DNA of 64,000 nt from an uncultured Thermus sp. (GCA_947085095.1 CAMTVD010000014.1:192001-256000); one strand, 5' to 3'. Counted from the first letter of the stretch, positions 1-10,279 are shown. Notes: a model not told the origin generated them from the letters alone. Program-made: numbers and translations.

Positions 1-685
1 GGCGGCGGTCTCCGGTCTCCAGGATGGCCCTGAGGCTCTCCGGGGGCCGCTTGCCCAGGCCCACCTGCAAAAGCGTCCCCACCATGCCCCGCACCTGGCC
101 GCGGAGGAAGCTTTTGCCCCGGAAGTAGAAGCGGACCTCGGGGCCCGCCTCCCCTTCCAGGGCCTCGAGGCGGGCCTCCAAAAGCTCCCGCACCCCTTCC
201 CGGGTCTCCTCCTTGGCGAAGCCCAGGAAGTTGTGCCTGCCCAGAAGGAGGGGGAGGGCCTCCCGGATGGCGGCGAGGTCCAGGGACTTCCTGAGCCAGA
301 GGGCCCGGTGGCGGAGGAGGGGGGAGGGGTGGGGCCTCAGGAGGACCCGGTAGCGGTAGGCCCGCCAGAGGGCGTCCCTCCTGGCGTGGAAGCCCGGGGC
401 CACCTCCTTTGCGGCCACCACCTTCAGGTCCTCGGGGAGGAGACGGTTTAGGGCCTCGGGCACCTTCTCCGTGGGGATGGGGCTTTGCAGGTCTATGTGG
501 AAGGGCATGAGGAGGGCGTGGACCCCGGCGTCCGTACGCCCCGCCGCCACCGCCTTGGGGAGGGCTCCGATGTGGGGAAGGGCCTTTTCCAGCTCGCCCT
601 GCACGGTGCGCAGGCCCTGCCGCTGCCTTTGGAGGCCGGCGAAGTGGGTCCCGTCGTACTCGGTGAGGAGGAGGATGCGGCGCAC
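1..685 (-). CDS. truA: tRNA pseudouridine(38-40) synthase TruA (3' end runs off the window)
   Basis: Manual translation from GTG at 685: [21 protein letters not shown]...TVQGELE...[10 protein letters not shown]...FHAR. Not in the ORF track because it is open at the window edge. Confidence 0.95.
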   Translation of the reverse strand, partial: MRRILLLTEYDGTHFAGLQRQRQGLRTVQGELEKALPHIGALPKAVAAGRTDAGVHALLMPFHIDLQSPIPTEKVPEALNRLLPEDLKVVAAKEVAPGFHARRDALWRAYRYRVLLRPHPSPLLRHRALWLRKSLDLAAIREALPLLLGRHNFLGFAKEETREGVRELLEARLEALEGEAGPEVRFYFRGKSFLRGQVRGMVGTLLQVGLGKRPPESLRAILETGDRR

Positions 686-694
686 AGGCCTAGC

Positions 695-1735
695 TTAGTC
701 GGTGCCCACCAGGGTTTTGCTCCCCTCGAGGGCCACCCCTTCCCCCACCACCTTGAGGCTCACCCGGTCCCCCACCCGGTAGGGGGTGGTGGGGTTTTCC
801 TGGACCAGAACCTCCCGCTCCAGGCCGAGGAGGCGGACCCGGTAGGTGAGGTCGTGCCCCTTGAACTCCCGGGCCACCACCTCGCCCAGGGGGCCCTGTC
901 CAGGGGGGGCTAGCCTCAGGGTCTCGGGCCTTAGGGAAAGGAGGAGGGGGCCGGTGGCGGGCTCGGCCAAGGGCACGGAGCCCAGGCAGGTTTCCGCATA
1001 CCGCCCCCGCCCTTCCCCGGGGAGGAGGTTGGTGCGCCCCAGGAACTGGGCCACGAAGGGGGTTCTGGGCCTTAGGTAGACCCCCTCGGGGGTCCCCACC
1101 TGCTCCAGCCTCCCCCCCCGCATGACCCCCAGGCGGTCGGCGAAGGAGAGGGCCTCCTCCTGGTCGTGGGTGACCAGCAGGGCGGTGGTGCCCGTGGCCT
1201 TCAGGATCCTGCGCACCTCTTCCCGGGTGGCGGCCCTAAGCCCTGCGTCCAGGCTGGAAAAGGGCTCGTCCAGGAGGACCAGCTTGGGCCCCGGGGCCAG
1301 GGCGCGGGCCAGGGCCACCCGTTGCTGTTGCCCCCCGGAGAGTTCCCCCGGCCTCCGGTTCTGGAAGAGGGTCATGCCCACCCGCTCCAGGGCCCTTCTG
1401 GCCCGCTCCAGGCGGTCCTCTCCCTTCAGGCCGAAGGCCACGTTGCCCAGGGCGGTGAGGTGGGGGAAGAGGGCGTAGTCCTGGAAGACGAAGCCGATGC
1501 CCCGCCTTTCCGGGGGTAAGGGGGTGATGTCCCGGCCCTCGAGGTGGACCCGTCCCGAATCGGGGCTCTCCAGCCCGGCGATGACCCTTAAGAGGGTGGT
1601 CTTGCCGCACCCCGAGGGGCCCAGGAGGGCCAGGATCTCCCCGGGATAGACCTCCAGGTCTATCCCCTTGAGCACCTCGTGCTCCCCGAAGCGCTTGCGA
1701 ACCCCTTGCAGTTCTAGAAGCGGCGCTCGCTCCAA
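695..1735 (-). CDS. fbpC: Fe3+ ABC transporter ATP-binding subunit (FbpC-like)
   Basis: Walker A GPSGCGKT, signature LSGGQQQR, Walker B LLDEP, C-terminal TOBE-like region; last gene of the operon. Confidence 0.88.
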   Translation of the reverse strand: MERAPLLELQGVRKRFGEHEVLKGIDLEVYPGEILALLGPSGCGKTTLLRVIAGLESPDSGRVHLEGRDITPLPPERRGIGFVFQDYALFPHLTALGNVAFGLKGEDRLERARRALERVGMTLFQNRRPGELSGGQQQRVALARALAPGPKLVLLDEPFSSLDAGLRAATREEVRRILKATGTTALLVTHDQEEALSFADRLGVMRGGRLEQVGTPEGVYLRPRTPFVAQFLGRTNLLPGEGRGRYAETCLGSVPLAEPATGPLLLSLRPETLRLAPPGQGPLGEVVAREFKGHDLTYRVRLLGLEREVLVQENPTTPYRVGDRVSLKVVGEGVALEGSKTLVGTD

Positions 1736-3261
1736 AGCAACACCCCCACAAAGGCCGCCGAGAGCAGGACGATGAGGAGGGCGAAGGGGGCGGCCTCGGC
1801 GAACATGGCTTCCTGAGTGTAGCCGAAAACCCGGGTGGCCAGGGTGCTGTAGCCCATGGGGGCAAGGAGAAGGGTGATGGGGAGCTCCTTGACCGCCCCG
1901 ATGAAGGCCAGGGCCCCTCCCGCCGCCGCTCCCCGCCAGAGCAGGGGGAAGGTAACCCGGAAGAAGGCCCCGGTGGGGGTTTCCCCCAGGGTCCTGGCCG
2001 CCTCCTCCAGCCTCCTGGGCACCTGGTGCAAGGCTCCCCGGATGGGCCCCAGGCTCTCCGCCAAAAAGTGGAAGGAAAGGACCAGGACCAAAAGGGGCAG
2101 GCTGCCGTAGAGGAAGGGAAGGCTTTTCAGGCTAAAGAAGACCCAGGCCAGGGCGAAGGCCAGGGGCGGGACAGCGTAGCCCAGGTAGGCGAGGCGTTCC
2201 AGGACCCGGGAGGCGGGGGAAGGGTGGCGCACCGCCAGGTAGGCGATGGGCAGGGCCATGCCCACGGCGAGGAGGGCGGTGGGTGCCGCCGCCAGGGCGG
2301 AGTGGAAGAAGGCCTCGGAGAGCCCCTGGAGGTTTTCCCTGGGGAAGCGGCTGGCCAGGTGCACAAGGGCGTAGAGGGGTAGGAGGAGGGCCAGCAGGAC
2401 GGGAAGGAGGGCGAGGAGGTAGGCCCAGGGGGCGAGGGCCCCCAGGCGTACGGCCCTGGCCCTTCTGCCCGCCCCCTTTCCTGTACGGGCCAGAAAGAGG
2501 CGGCGCAGGAGAAAGCCCTCGAGGAGGAGGAGCCCCCCGGTGAGGAGGAGGAGAAACAGGGCCAGCCAGGCGGCGTAGACCCGGTCAAAGGCGGCGCTGT
2601 ACTGCAGGTAGATGGCGTAGGAGAAGGTCTCGTAGCGGAGAAGGCTCACGGTGCCGAAGTCCCCCAGGACGTGGAGGCCCACCACCAGGTAGCCCGAGAG
2701 GAGGGCGGGGAGGAGCTGGGGGAAGGTGGCCTTGAGGAAGGCCCTGAAAGGGCTTAGGCCCAGGGTGCGGGCCGCTTCTTCCAAAGAGGGGTCCAGGCCC
2801 AAAAAGGCGGCCCTAAGGGAGAGGAAGAGGTAGGGGTAGGTGATGAAGGAGAGGACCAGGAGGGCCCCCCAGTACCCCTCGAGCCGGGGCAGGGGCAGAA
2901 ACCCCCCAGGCCCCGTGGCCGCCAGGAGGACGTAGGCCCCCACGTAGCCGGGGATGGCCAGGGGCAGGGTGAGGAGGGTGGCGAGAAACCGCTTTCCCTT
3001 AAGGTCCGTGCGGGTGGTGAGGAAGGCCAGGGGCAGGGCCAGGAGGGTGGTGAGGAGGAGAACCCCAAGGAGGAGGGTCAGGGTGTTCCCGAGGAGCGCC
3101 AGGTTCTTGGGCCTCAGCAGGATCTCCTGAAGGGCGCCTGGCTGGGCCTCGAGGGCCCTGAGGAGCAGGTAAAGGAGGGGCAGGGCCACCCCGCCCCCGG
3201 TGAGGAGGGCGGGGACCAGGAAGGGAAGAAGCCCCGGGAGGTGGGGAAGCCTTAGGGTCAC
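1714..3261 (-). CDS. fbpB: Fe3+ ABC transporter permease (FbpB-like)
   Basis: Hydrophobic 515 aa with two EAA motifs (LEEAARTLG twice). Confidence 0.88.
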   Translation of the reverse strand: MTLRLPHLPGLLPFLVPALLTGGGVALPLLYLLLRALEAQPGALQEILLRPKNLALLGNTLTLLLGVLLLTTLLALPLAFLTTRTDLKGKRFLATLLTLPLAIPGYVGAYVLLAATGPGGFLPLPRLEGYWGALLVLSFITYPYLFLSLRAAFLGLDPSLEEAARTLGLSPFRAFLKATFPQLLPALLSGYLVVGLHVLGDFGTVSLLRYETFSYAIYLQYSAAFDRVYAAWLALFLLLLTGGLLLLEGFLLRRLFLARTGKGAGRRARAVRLGALAPWAYLLALLPVLLALLLPLYALVHLASRFPRENLQGLSEAFFHSALAAAPTALLAVGMALPIAYLAVRHPSPASRVLERLAYLGYAVPPLAFALAWVFFSLKSLPFLYGSLPLLVLVLSFHFLAESLGPIRGALHQVPRRLEEAARTLGETPTGAFFRVTFPLLWRGAAAGGALAFIGAVKELPITLLLAPMGYSTLATRVFGYTQEAMFAEAAPFALLIVLLSAAFVGVLLWSERRF

Positions 3262-4253
3262 AGGATCCCGAGTTCCCGCAGGAGCCTCAAAGCCTGCTCC
3301 AGGGGGAGCTTCTCAAAGTCCAGCCTGGGGCTCTTGGCCAGGGCCTCTTCCAGGGGCAGGAGGCTGGGGTCGGCCACCACCCCTCTCACCAGGGGGTACT
3401 CCCCCACGTTGCCCACGAAGTACTGCTGGGCCTTAGGGGAGAGGAGGTAGGTGAGGAAGCGGGTGGCGTTGCCCAGGTTCTTGCTGGTCTTCAGGATGCC
3501 CGCCCCCGTGACCAGGGCCAGGTTGCCCACATCGCCGTCCTGGAAGTGGTGCATGCCCAGCTGGTACCCCGCCCGGCGGAAGCGCACCGCGTAGTAGTGG
3601 TTGGTGGAGCCGAGGTCAATCTCCCCCGCCCGGATGGCGTCCAGCATGGCCGGGTTAGAGGCGTAGGTCTTGGGGGCGAGGGCCTTCATCTCCGAAAGCC
3701 ACGCCCTGGTCTGGGCCTCCCCGTGCAGGGCGATCATCCCCGCCACCATGTCCTGGAAGCTGGAGTAGGTGGGGGTCCAGCCCACCCGGCCCACCAGGCC
3801 CTTCTCCCGGGCGAAGCGGGGTAGGTCCAGGATGGAGGGGGGGAGTTCCTCGGGCTTGAACTTTTGGGGGTTATAGGCCAGGACCCTAAGGCGCAGGGTC
3901 ACCGGCACCCAGGACCGGGAGGCGGGGGCGAAGGCCTGGGGGGTCTTGAGGAGGCTATCCCCCAGGGGCCTTAAAAGACCCAGCCCGGCGGCCCGGCCCA
4001 GGGCCCCCGAGGTGTTGCCCCAGAACACATCCGCAGGGGAGCGGCCTCCCTCCTCCTGCAGGGCCGCCAGGATCTGGGCATCGGTGCCGTAGCGCACCTG
4101 GACCCGGATGCCCGTATCCCGCTCAAACTGCTTCACCAAGGGCTCCACCAGGCTCTGGCCCCGGCCCGAGTAGACGGTGAGGGTCTGGGTCTGGGCCAAG
4201 CTAAGGTTTAGGATCGTTAGGCCGATAAGGGTCAGGATCGTTCTGCGCCGCAT
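3258..4253 (-). CDS. fbpA: Fe3+ ABC transporter periplasmic binding protein (FbpA-like)
   Basis: Signal peptide, LTVYSGR, NHYY iron-ligand motif; ATG at 4253 with GGAGG RBS upstream. Confidence 0.9.
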   Translation of the reverse strand: MRRRTILTLIGLTILNLSLAQTQTLTVYSGRGQSLVEPLVKQFERDTGIRVQVRYGTDAQILAALQEEGGRSPADVFWGNTSGALGRAAGLGLLRPLGDSLLKTPQAFAPASRSWVPVTLRLRVLAYNPQKFKPEELPPSILDLPRFAREKGLVGRVGWTPTYSSFQDMVAGMIALHGEAQTRAWLSEMKALAPKTYASNPAMLDAIRAGEIDLGSTNHYYAVRFRRAGYQLGMHHFQDGDVGNLALVTGAGILKTSKNLGNATRFLTYLLSPKAQQYFVGNVGEYPLVRGVVADPSLLPLEEALAKSPRLDFEKLPLEQALRLLRELGIL

Positions 4254-4312
4254 TCGAACCTCCAAGGGTGATTCCCGGGAGACCCCGGGGTGAGGGCGCC
4301 CTCTGCCTGGGC

Positions 4313-4341
4313 ACTCTATCCCAGGAGGAGGAGAAAGTCAA
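4313..4341 (-). promoter_or_regulatory. sigma70-type promoter of the fbpABC operon
   Basis: TTGACT (4341-4336), 17-bp spacer, TAGAGT (4318-4313) on the minus strand. Confidence 0.7.
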
Positions 4342-4358
4342 GTATTCCGGTCGGGTTT
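4334..4358. promoter_or_regulatory. Putative Rrf2/IscR type-1-like operator overlapping the fbp -35
   Basis: Minus strand AAACCCGACCGGAATACTTGACTTT matches ATASYYGACTRWWWYAGTCRRSTAT at 19/25 positions by manual alignment. Confidence 0.5.
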
Positions 4359-5114
4359 TATAAGTTTAGAAACGATAATCACTTGCAACCAGGGAAGGAA
4401 CCCCGCCAGGTCCTCGGGGGGAGGAGGAGCCTGCCCCGTGTAGACCAGGGGTACTGGGTTTCGGGTGTGCCGGGGGTGCCAGGGCTCCTCGGCGTTGCCG
4501 TGGTCGGAGGTGAGGAGGAGTTCCCCTCCTTCTTCCAGGAAGCCCCGCAGAAACAGGGTGAGCTCCCGGAAACGCTCCGGCAGGCGTTCTGGGTCCCGAT
4601 GGGCAAAGAGGTCCAGGGCCCAGTACTCCAGGACCACCAGGTCAAAGCGCCGGGTGAGGGCCGCCGCCTTAGCCCCCACGCCGTAAGGGTCTTCCCAGAA
4701 CCCGGGGGGGAGGGCCAGGGGATGGCCCAGGGGCAGAAGGGGTAGACCCGCAAGGCGGGCCGACTGGGCGAAGGCGGAAAGGAGAAGGCGCCTGCCCCCC
4801 ATGGCCCTTTCCAGGTACTCCGGGCGGTAGGCGTTGGCGTGAAGGAGGGAAAGGCCTTGCCCCTGGGCCCAGGCGTAGAGGCCCCTTTGCAGGAGGGGGC
4901 GGAGCCTGGGGCTGGGGAAAGGGCCCTGGTGGTGGCCCAGGAGCCTGGCGGCGTTCATCCCGGTGAGGAGGGTGGTCTGGCCCGTGCCCGACTGGGGCAG
5001 GCCCTCCACCCCCAGGGTGGCGTCCAGAGGGTGGGGGCGAAGCTCCAAAAGGAGGGGGAAGAGGTTCTCCAAGGTCCCTCCCAGCCCCAGCCCGTCCACG
5101 AAGAGGAAGAGCAC
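4338..5114 (-). CDS. Alkaline phosphatase-superfamily metalloenzyme (phosphomutase/iPGM-like)
   Basis: FVDGLG, PQSGTGQT, D..AH, TSDHGN, HTRNPVP metal-binding motifs; start uncertain (GTG 5114 or 5147). Confidence 0.75.
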   Translation of the reverse strand: MLFLFVDGLGLGGTLENLFPLLLELRPHPLDATLGVEGLPQSGTGQTTLLTGMNAARLLGHHQGPFPSPRLRPLLQRGLYAWAQGQGLSLLHANAYRPEYLERAMGGRRLLLSAFAQSARLAGLPLLPLGHPLALPPGFWEDPYGVGAKAAALTRRFDLVVLEYWALDLFAHRDPERLPERFRELTLFLRGFLEEGGELLLTSDHGNAEEPWHPRHTRNPVPLVYTGQAPPPPEDLAGFLPWLQVIIVSKLIKPDRNT

Positions 5115-5192
5115 CTCTCCAGTTTGGCAGAAGGTGGTTTCGTGCACCCAGGGGTTGACCGGGCGGGGTAGTCTGAGGACGGAGGTAAGCCT

Positions 5193-5624
5193 ATGCCGGT
5201 GAGGAAAGCGGAAGCGGTTTGGGAGGGCGGGTTGCGTGCGGGCAAAGGGGTTATGAAGCTAGAGAGCCAGGCCTTCCAGGGCCCCTACTCCTTCCCCTCC
5301 CGCTTTGAGGAGGGGGAGGGGACCAACCCCGAGGAGCTCATCGCCGCGGCCCACGCGGGCTGCTTCTCCATGGCCCTCTCGGCGGCGTTGGAGCGGGAGG
5401 GGTTCCCCCCCAGGCGGGTTTCCACCGAGGCCCGGGTACACCTGGAGATGGTGGAGGGCAGGGCCACCATCACCCGGATAGAGCTCTTCACCGAGGCCGA
5501 GGTGCCCGGGGTTTCCCCGGAGAAGTTCCAGGAGGTCGCCCAGGCGGCCAAGGAGGGGTGCCCCGTCTCCCGGGCCCTGGCGGGGGTGAAGGAGATTCGC
5601 CTCGAGGCCCGCCTTTTGGGCTAG
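5193..5624 (+). CDS. osmC: OsmC-family peroxiredoxin
   Basis: GTNPEELIAAAHAGCF and CPVS motifs. Confidence 0.92.
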   Translation: MPVRKAEAVWEGGLRAGKGVMKLESQAFQGPYSFPSRFEEGEGTNPEELIAAAHAGCFSMALSAALEREGFPPRRVSTEARVHLEMVEGRATITRIELFTEAEVPGVSPEKFQEVAQAAKEGCPVSRALAGVKEIRLEARLLG

Positions 5625-6343
5625 GCCTCCCCTTTCCAGAGGAGGCGGCCGCAGGAGGGGCAGCGGGTAAGCTGCCCCTGGATCACCTTCTGGGCCACGT
5701 GGGTGGGCAGGACCACGTTGCACCCCTCGCAGCGGAAGACCTGGGCCTGCCTCAGCATCCGCACTACCCCGGTGCCCTTCCGGGCCCGGCGGATGGCCTC
5801 GTACTCCTTGAGCACGGGGGCGGGGATGCCCTGGGCCATGGCCTCCCGCACCTCCTTGAGCTTGAGGATCTCCCCCTCGAGGACCTCCACCCGCTTCCGA
5901 TTTTCCCGGAGCAGCTCCTCTAGGCGGGGCCTCAGACCGGCAAGGGCTTCCTCCACCCGGGCGATCTCCGCCTCCACCTCCTCCATGGCCTCCATGATGG
6001 GGGTGGAGAGCTCCAGAAGCTCCCGGATGCGATCCTTGATCTGCTGGATGCGGTTCTCGTACTGGGTCTGCTCGCGGGCGCTTTGGGCCTGGCGCTGTTC
6101 CGCCTCGGCCTGCTTCTCCTTGGCGGTGAGGTCCTCTATGTCCAGGCTGTGCCGGTTGTAGCTCTTCCTGAGCTCCGCCTGGCGCTCCAGGAGGGCTGTG
6201 AGCTCGGCCTCCAGGGCCTCCACCTGGGCCTTCACCGAAAGGAGGTCCTGGGGAAGGGTTTCCGCCTCCTTTTGCAATCGGTCTATCTCCAGGTCCTTAT
6301 CCTGAAGCGCATAGAGTGCCCTCAGTGCCTCCGCCCCGTTCAC
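5621..6343 (-). CDS. Coiled-coil protein with C-terminal C4 zinc ribbon (DUF164/CT398-like)
   Basis: Long coiled coil then CEGC...CPSCGRLL; GTG 6343 is preceded by TAGAAT (alternative start ATG 6352). Confidence 0.85.
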   Translation of the reverse strand: MNGAEALRALYALQDKDLEIDRLQKEAETLPQDLLSVKAQVEALEAELTALLERQAELRKSYNRHSLDIEDLTAKEKQAEAEQRQAQSAREQTQYENRIQQIKDRIRELLELSTPIMEAMEEVEAEIARVEEALAGLRPRLEELLRENRKRVEVLEGEILKLKEVREAMAQGIPAPVLKEYEAIRRARKGTGVVRMLRQAQVFRCEGCNVVLPTHVAQKVIQGQLTRCPSCGRLLWKGEA

Positions 6344-6963
6344 GCCTCCCATTCTAACCCGGTGAGGAAGGGGTTGGTCCGGGCCTCGAGGCCCAAGGTG
6401 GTGCTGGGCCCGTGCCCGGGGTGGACCTGGGTTTCCGGGGGCAGGGAGAGAAGCCGCTTTAGGGAGCGGAAGAGGGCCTTGGGGTCGGCCCCGGGGAGAT
6501 CGTACCGGCCGATGCTTCCCCGGAAGAGGAGGTCCCCGGAGAAGACCTGGCCCCCTTCCCGGTCCAGGAAGGCCACGTGCCCCGGGCTGTGCCCGGGAAG
6601 GTGCCAGACCGCAAACCCGAAGAGGGCCATGCCTTCCTCCAGGGGCTCCACCTTCCGTGGGGGCCTAGGGATCAGGACCCCCCAACGGGCGGCCACCTCG
6701 GCGGCCCTTTCGTAGAGGGGCAGGTCCAGGGGGTGGAGGAAAACGGGGAGGCCCAAGGCCTCCACCAGGGGGGCCACGGCCCCCACGTGGTCAAAGTGGG
6801 CGTGGGTGAGGAGGATGGCCTTGGGGTTTAGCCCAGCCTCTTCCGCCAGGGCCAAGAGCCTTTCCGGATCGTCCCCCGGGTCTATGAAGACCGCCCCTTC
6901 GGGGGTTTCCACCAGGTAGGCGTTCTCCTGGAGGGGGCCGGTGGTGAGGGCGTAGGCTTTCAT
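6340..6963 (-). CDS. MBL-fold metallo-hydrolase (glyoxalase II-like)
   Basis: THAHFDH, PGHSPG, FSGD, HPGHG motifs. Confidence 0.9.
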   Translation of the reverse strand: MKAYALTTGPLQENAYLVETPEGAVFIDPGDDPERLLALAEEAGLNPKAILLTHAHFDHVGAVAPLVEALGLPVFLHPLDLPLYERAAEVAARWGVLIPRPPRKVEPLEEGMALFGFAVWHLPGHSPGHVAFLDREGGQVFSGDLLFRGSIGRYDLPGADPKALFRSLKRLLSLPPETQVHPGHGPSTTLGLEARTNPFLTGLEWEA

Positions 6964-7652
6964 GGCTCCGTGGGCAGACCTTCCTGGAGCCACTCGTGCA
7001 TGGAGCCCAGGTAGTTCCGGGCCTTGACCCCGAGGCTCCTGAGGATGAAGAAGGCTACGGCGCTCCTGGCACCAGAGTGGCAGTAGACCCCCACCTCCTG
7101 ACCCGGCTCAAGCCCAAGCTGCCCCAGAAGCCCCTCGGGCTCCAGGAAGAGGTCCAGGGGGGCGTTGCGGCTTCCGGGAATGCGCCCGCCCCGGGGGCAG
7201 CAGGGGGGGTGGACCTGGCCCCTGTGCTCCTCGGGGCTCCGCACGTCCAGGAGGAAGGGGTGGTGGGCGGCCTCGTCCGCGGTGAGAAGCCAGTCCCGCC
7301 GCAGGCGGGCCACGGCGCCCGTGGGCTCGTACTGGGGCTCTGCCCTCTCCCTGGCGTAGGGCTCCCAGCCCTCGGTCCAAAGCCCCACCTCCAGCCCCCC
7401 AAGCCCCAGGAAGAAGGCGGTGCGGCAGAGGCGGCTGGTGAGGCCCTCGTCGTAGAGGACCACGGGGCTTTGGAGCCCCAGGCTTTGGAAAAGCTCGCTG
7501 AGGCCCGCCTCGAGGGCCTTGAGCTCCGCCTCCTCCCTCAGGCGGAGCCGGGGGGCGGAGAGGTCCAGGTGCCGGGCCCCGGGGAGGTGGCCGGCCTCGT
7601 AGGCGGGGCGGGGCCGGGTGTCCACCAGGACCGCATCCTCGGGAAGCTCCAT
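6960..7652 (-). CDS. Tandem-domain rhodanese/sulfurtransferase
   Basis: GHLPGA, LDVRS, GRIPGS, active-site YCHSGARS, YLGSMHEW. Confidence 0.88.
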   Translation of the reverse strand: MELPEDAVLVDTRPRPAYEAGHLPGARHLDLSAPRLRLREEAELKALEAGLSELFQSLGLQSPVVLYDEGLTSRLCRTAFFLGLGGLEVGLWTEGWEPYARERAEPQYEPTGAVARLRRDWLLTADEAAHHPFLLDVRSPEEHRGQVHPPCCPRGGRIPGSRNAPLDLFLEPEGLLGQLGLEPGQEVGVYCHSGARSAVAFFILRSLGVKARNYLGSMHEWLQEGLPTEP

Positions 7653-7700
7653 GGTTTTGATTATAGGGGGCGCATGGGTAAGCCAATAGCGTTAGGGTAC

Positions 7701-7729
7701 TTGACAAATGTACGCGCATATGATATAAG
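7701..7729 (+). promoter_or_regulatory. Near-consensus sigma70 promoter of hsp20
   Basis: TTGACA-17 bp-TATAAG; GGAGG RBS at 7737-7741. Confidence 0.75.
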
Positions 7730-7749
7730 CGAAAACGGAGGTGATGTGT

Positions 7750-8214
7750 ATGGCCCTGGTGCGTAGGGAGGCGCGTCCCGCCGAGATCACGCCCTTCAGG
7801 ACCTGGGGTCCCTTCTCCCTCCTGGAGGAGGCCAACCGGCTCTTTGAGGAGGTCTTGGGGGAGTTCGGCCGTCCCGTGGCCACCTACGTGGCCCCGGCTG
7901 ACCTCTACGAGACCGACGAGGCCCTGATCCTGGAGATGGCGGTGCCCGGCCTGGCCCCTGAGGACCTGGAGGTGAGCCTCGAGGGCAACAAGCTCACCGT
8001 CCGGGGCCAAGTGAAGCCGGTGGAGGAGCCCAAGGCCCGCCGCTACTACCTGCAGGAGATTCCCCACGGCTCCTTCGTGCGCACCTTCACCCTTCCCGTG
8101 GAGGTGAAGGCGGACGAGGCCAAGGCGGAGTTCCGCCACGGCATCCTCCGGCTCACCATGCCCAAGGTGGCCGAGGCCCGGGCCAAGCGGATCCCCATTG
8201 AGGTGGTCCAGTAG
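7750..8214 (+). CDS. Hsp20/alpha-crystallin small heat-shock protein
   Basis: ADLYET, PGL, GSFVRTFTLP, A.F..GIL.L.MPK, C-terminal IPI motif. Confidence 0.93.
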   Translation: MALVRREARPAEITPFRTWGPFSLLEEANRLFEEVLGEFGRPVATYVAPADLYETDEALILEMAVPGLAPEDLEVSLEGNKLTVRGQVKPVEEPKARRYYLQEIPHGSFVRTFTLPVEVKADEAKAEFRHGILRLTMPKVAEARAKRIPIEVVQ

Positions 8215-8229
8215 GGCCTAAACGCAAAG

Positions 8230-8250
8230 CCCCCGGGCATCCCCCGGGGG
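8230..8250. terminator. GC-rich hairpin between convergent genes (likely terminator)
   Basis: CCCCCGGG-catcc-CCCGGGGG between the hsp20 and aminotransferase stop codons. Confidence 0.6.
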
Positions 8251-9321
8251 TTAGGCTTTCTTCAGGGCCTGGGTGAGTCTCCCGAGGGCCTCCTCCAGGA
8301 CCTCGGGGTAGGTGGCGAAGTTGAGGCGCACGTAGCGGTCGTACCCCTGGCCGAAGTTTTCCCCCGGGTTCAGGGCCACCCGGGCCTCCTTCAGGAGGTG
8401 GGAGGCCGCCTGGGGGAAGGGGGTTTTCAGCCAGGCCAGGTAGGTCCCCTCCGGGGGAAGGTGGAAGAGGCCCATCTCCCTGGCCCAGGCCGCCACCCGG
8501 TCCCGGTTCTGCCGGAGTTTCCCAAGGACCTCCCTGAGCCACCCCTCCCCCTCCAGGAGGGCCGCCTTCCAGGCGGCCATGGCCAGGACGTTGGGGAAGG
8601 TGGGGGGGAGGTGCCGCTTCAGGGCCTCCACCAGGGGCTTGGGCCCGATGGCCGCCCCCATGGGCAGGCCCGCCAGGTTGTAGGCCTTGCCGGGGCCCAG
8701 AAGGGTGAGGGTCCTTTCGGGGAGGAAGCGGGCCAGGGGGACGTGGGGCCTCTCGTAGGTGAGGGGGGCGTGGAGCTCGTCGGAGACCACGATGAGGTCG
8801 TGCTTGCGGGCGATCTGGGCCAAGGCGGAAAGCTCCTCTTCGGTGAAGACCCGGCCCGTGGGGTTCTGGGGGTGGCAGAAGAGGAGGAGGCGGCTGGCGT
8901 AGGCCAGGCGCTCGAGCCCCCCCAGGTCCAGGCGGTAGCCCGCCTCGGTCTCCAGGAGGGGGTTGGCCAGGAGGGTGCGCTTCTGCTCGCGGATGGCGGC
9001 CAGGAAAGGGGGGTAGATGGGCACCTGGGTCAGGACCCCTTGTCCGGGGGCGGTGAAGGCGGCCACGGCGGCGTAGAGCCCCACCACCACCCCGGGCATG
9101 AAGGCCACCTCCCCCTCCAGGCCCGTCTTTTCCAAGAGGAGGGCCTTGAGCTCCCCGTCCCCCTCCCGGGGCGGGTAGCCCAAAAACCCTTCCGCCCGCT
9201 CCTTGATGGCCTTCTGGATGGGTTCGGCCACGGGGAAGTCCATGTCCGCCACCCAGAGGGGCAGGACGTCCTCGGGGTAGGTGCCCCACTTCAGGGAGTC
9301 CTCGCGCGGGGGAAGCCTCAT
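8251..9321 (-). CDS. MalY/PatB-family PLP enzyme (cystathionine beta-lyase-like)
   Basis: [36 protein letters not shown]. Confidence 0.88.
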   Translation of the reverse strand: MRLPPREDSLKWGTYPEDVLPLWVADMDFPVAEPIQKAIKERAEGFLGYPPREGDGELKALLLEKTGLEGEVAFMPGVVVGLYAAVAAFTAPGQGVLTQVPIYPPFLAAIREQKRTLLANPLLETEAGYRLDLGGLERLAYASRLLLFCHPQNPTGRVFTEEELSALAQIARKHDLIVVSDELHAPLTYERPHVPLARFLPERTLTLLGPGKAYNLAGLPMGAAIGPKPLVEALKRHLPPTFPNVLAMAAWKAALLEGEGWLREVLGKLRQNRDRVAAWAREMGLFHLPPEGTYLAWLKTPFPQAASHLLKEARVALNPGENFGQGYDRYVRLNFATYPEVLEEALGRLTQALKKA

Positions 9322-9343
9322 GGGGCTATCTTACCCAAGGCCC

Positions 9344-10279
9344 TTAGGTGTGGTCCTGGACCACCTCGAGGCCCATCGCCTCGAGGGCCCGCACCAGAGC
9401 CTTTACCGCCTCCTTGACCCCTTCGGTGATGAGGGGGTGGCCGAAGCGGCTGACCCCGGCATAAAGGCCGTGGGCGCTCCCCCGCACCTCCAGGAGGAGG
9501 TCCTGGGTGAGGTCCTCCTCCTCCACATGGCTGAGGACGTAGAAGCCCTTTTCCGCTTTGGCGACCTCTAGGAAGACAGCCACCCCTTGGGGGAAGCGAA
9601 CGGGGGCCTTGGGCAGGGAAAGGGCTTCGGGCAGGGTGCCTTTCAGAAGGGCGTGAGCCATGGGGTACCTCCGGATAGGGGGCCAGGGGATGGGGTCCTC
9701 GGCCACCTTGGTAAAGATGGCGTGGAAGAAGGCCCGCCCCATCTCCCGCCACTTGAGGGCGTACTTGGTAAGGAGGTGGGCCTCCGGGGGCGGCGCGGTC
9801 TCTATGCGGTAAAGCCCGGTTCTTTCCGCCTCCTCTATGGCGAAGCGGAAGTATTCCTCGTGGTCGGTGGTGAGGAGGAGCCGGCCCCCTGCGGTGAGGC
9901 GGGTGGAGAGGTGGCGGAAAAACCCCTCCCTCAGGAGCCGCTTCTCCTGGTGGCGCTTCTTGGGCCAGGGGTCGGGGAAGTTGACGATGACCTCCAAAAC
10001 GCTTCTTTCAGGAACCAGGTTTCTGAGGGCAAAGGCGCCCTCCCCCAGGTAGAGGCGGGCGTTGCGGATTCCCTCCCGCTTGAGCCGCCTGAGGGCCCGC
10101 TGGACGCTTCCCGCCGAGACCTCGGCTCCCAGGACCAGGCGCTCGGGGTGGGCCTTGGCGTAGAGGGCGGTGAAGCGGCCGTCGCCAAAGCCCACCTCCA
10201 CCGCCAAGGGCCCCTCCCGGCCGAAGAGGGCCTTGGGGCTTGGGGGAAGGTGGGGAAGGAGGGCCGGCCGGACCAGCAC
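9344..10279 (-). CDS. trmB: tRNA (guanine-N7)-methyltransferase
   Basis: [28 protein letters not shown]; start GTG 10279 (alternative TTG 10297). Confidence 0.92.
   Translation of the reverse strand: MLVRPALLPHLPPSPKALFGREGPLAVEVGFGDGRFTALYAKAHPERLVLGAEVSAGSVQRALRRLKREGIRNARLYLGEGAFALRNLVPERSVLEVIVNFPDPWPKKRHQEKRLLREGFFRHLSTRLTAGGRLLLTTDHEEYFRFAIEEAERTGLYRIETAPPPEAHLLTKYALKWREMGRAFFHAIFTKVAEDPIPWPPIRRYPMAHALLKGTLPEALSLPKAPVRFPQGVAVFLEVAKAEKGFYVLSHVEEEDLTQDLLLEVRGSAHGLYAGVSRFGHPLITEGVKEAVKALVRALEAMGLEVVQDHT

Noticed and set aside
4368..4386. Fur box upstream of fbpA (AGAAACGATAATCACTTGC)
   Set aside because: Only 12/19 match to the classical consensus and well upstream of the -35. Too weak to call, though not excluded.
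7653..7749. CIRCE or HAIR heat-shock operator upstream of hsp20
   Set aside because: Neither TTAGCACTC-N9-GAGTGCTAA nor CTTGAGT-N7-ACTCAAG is present.
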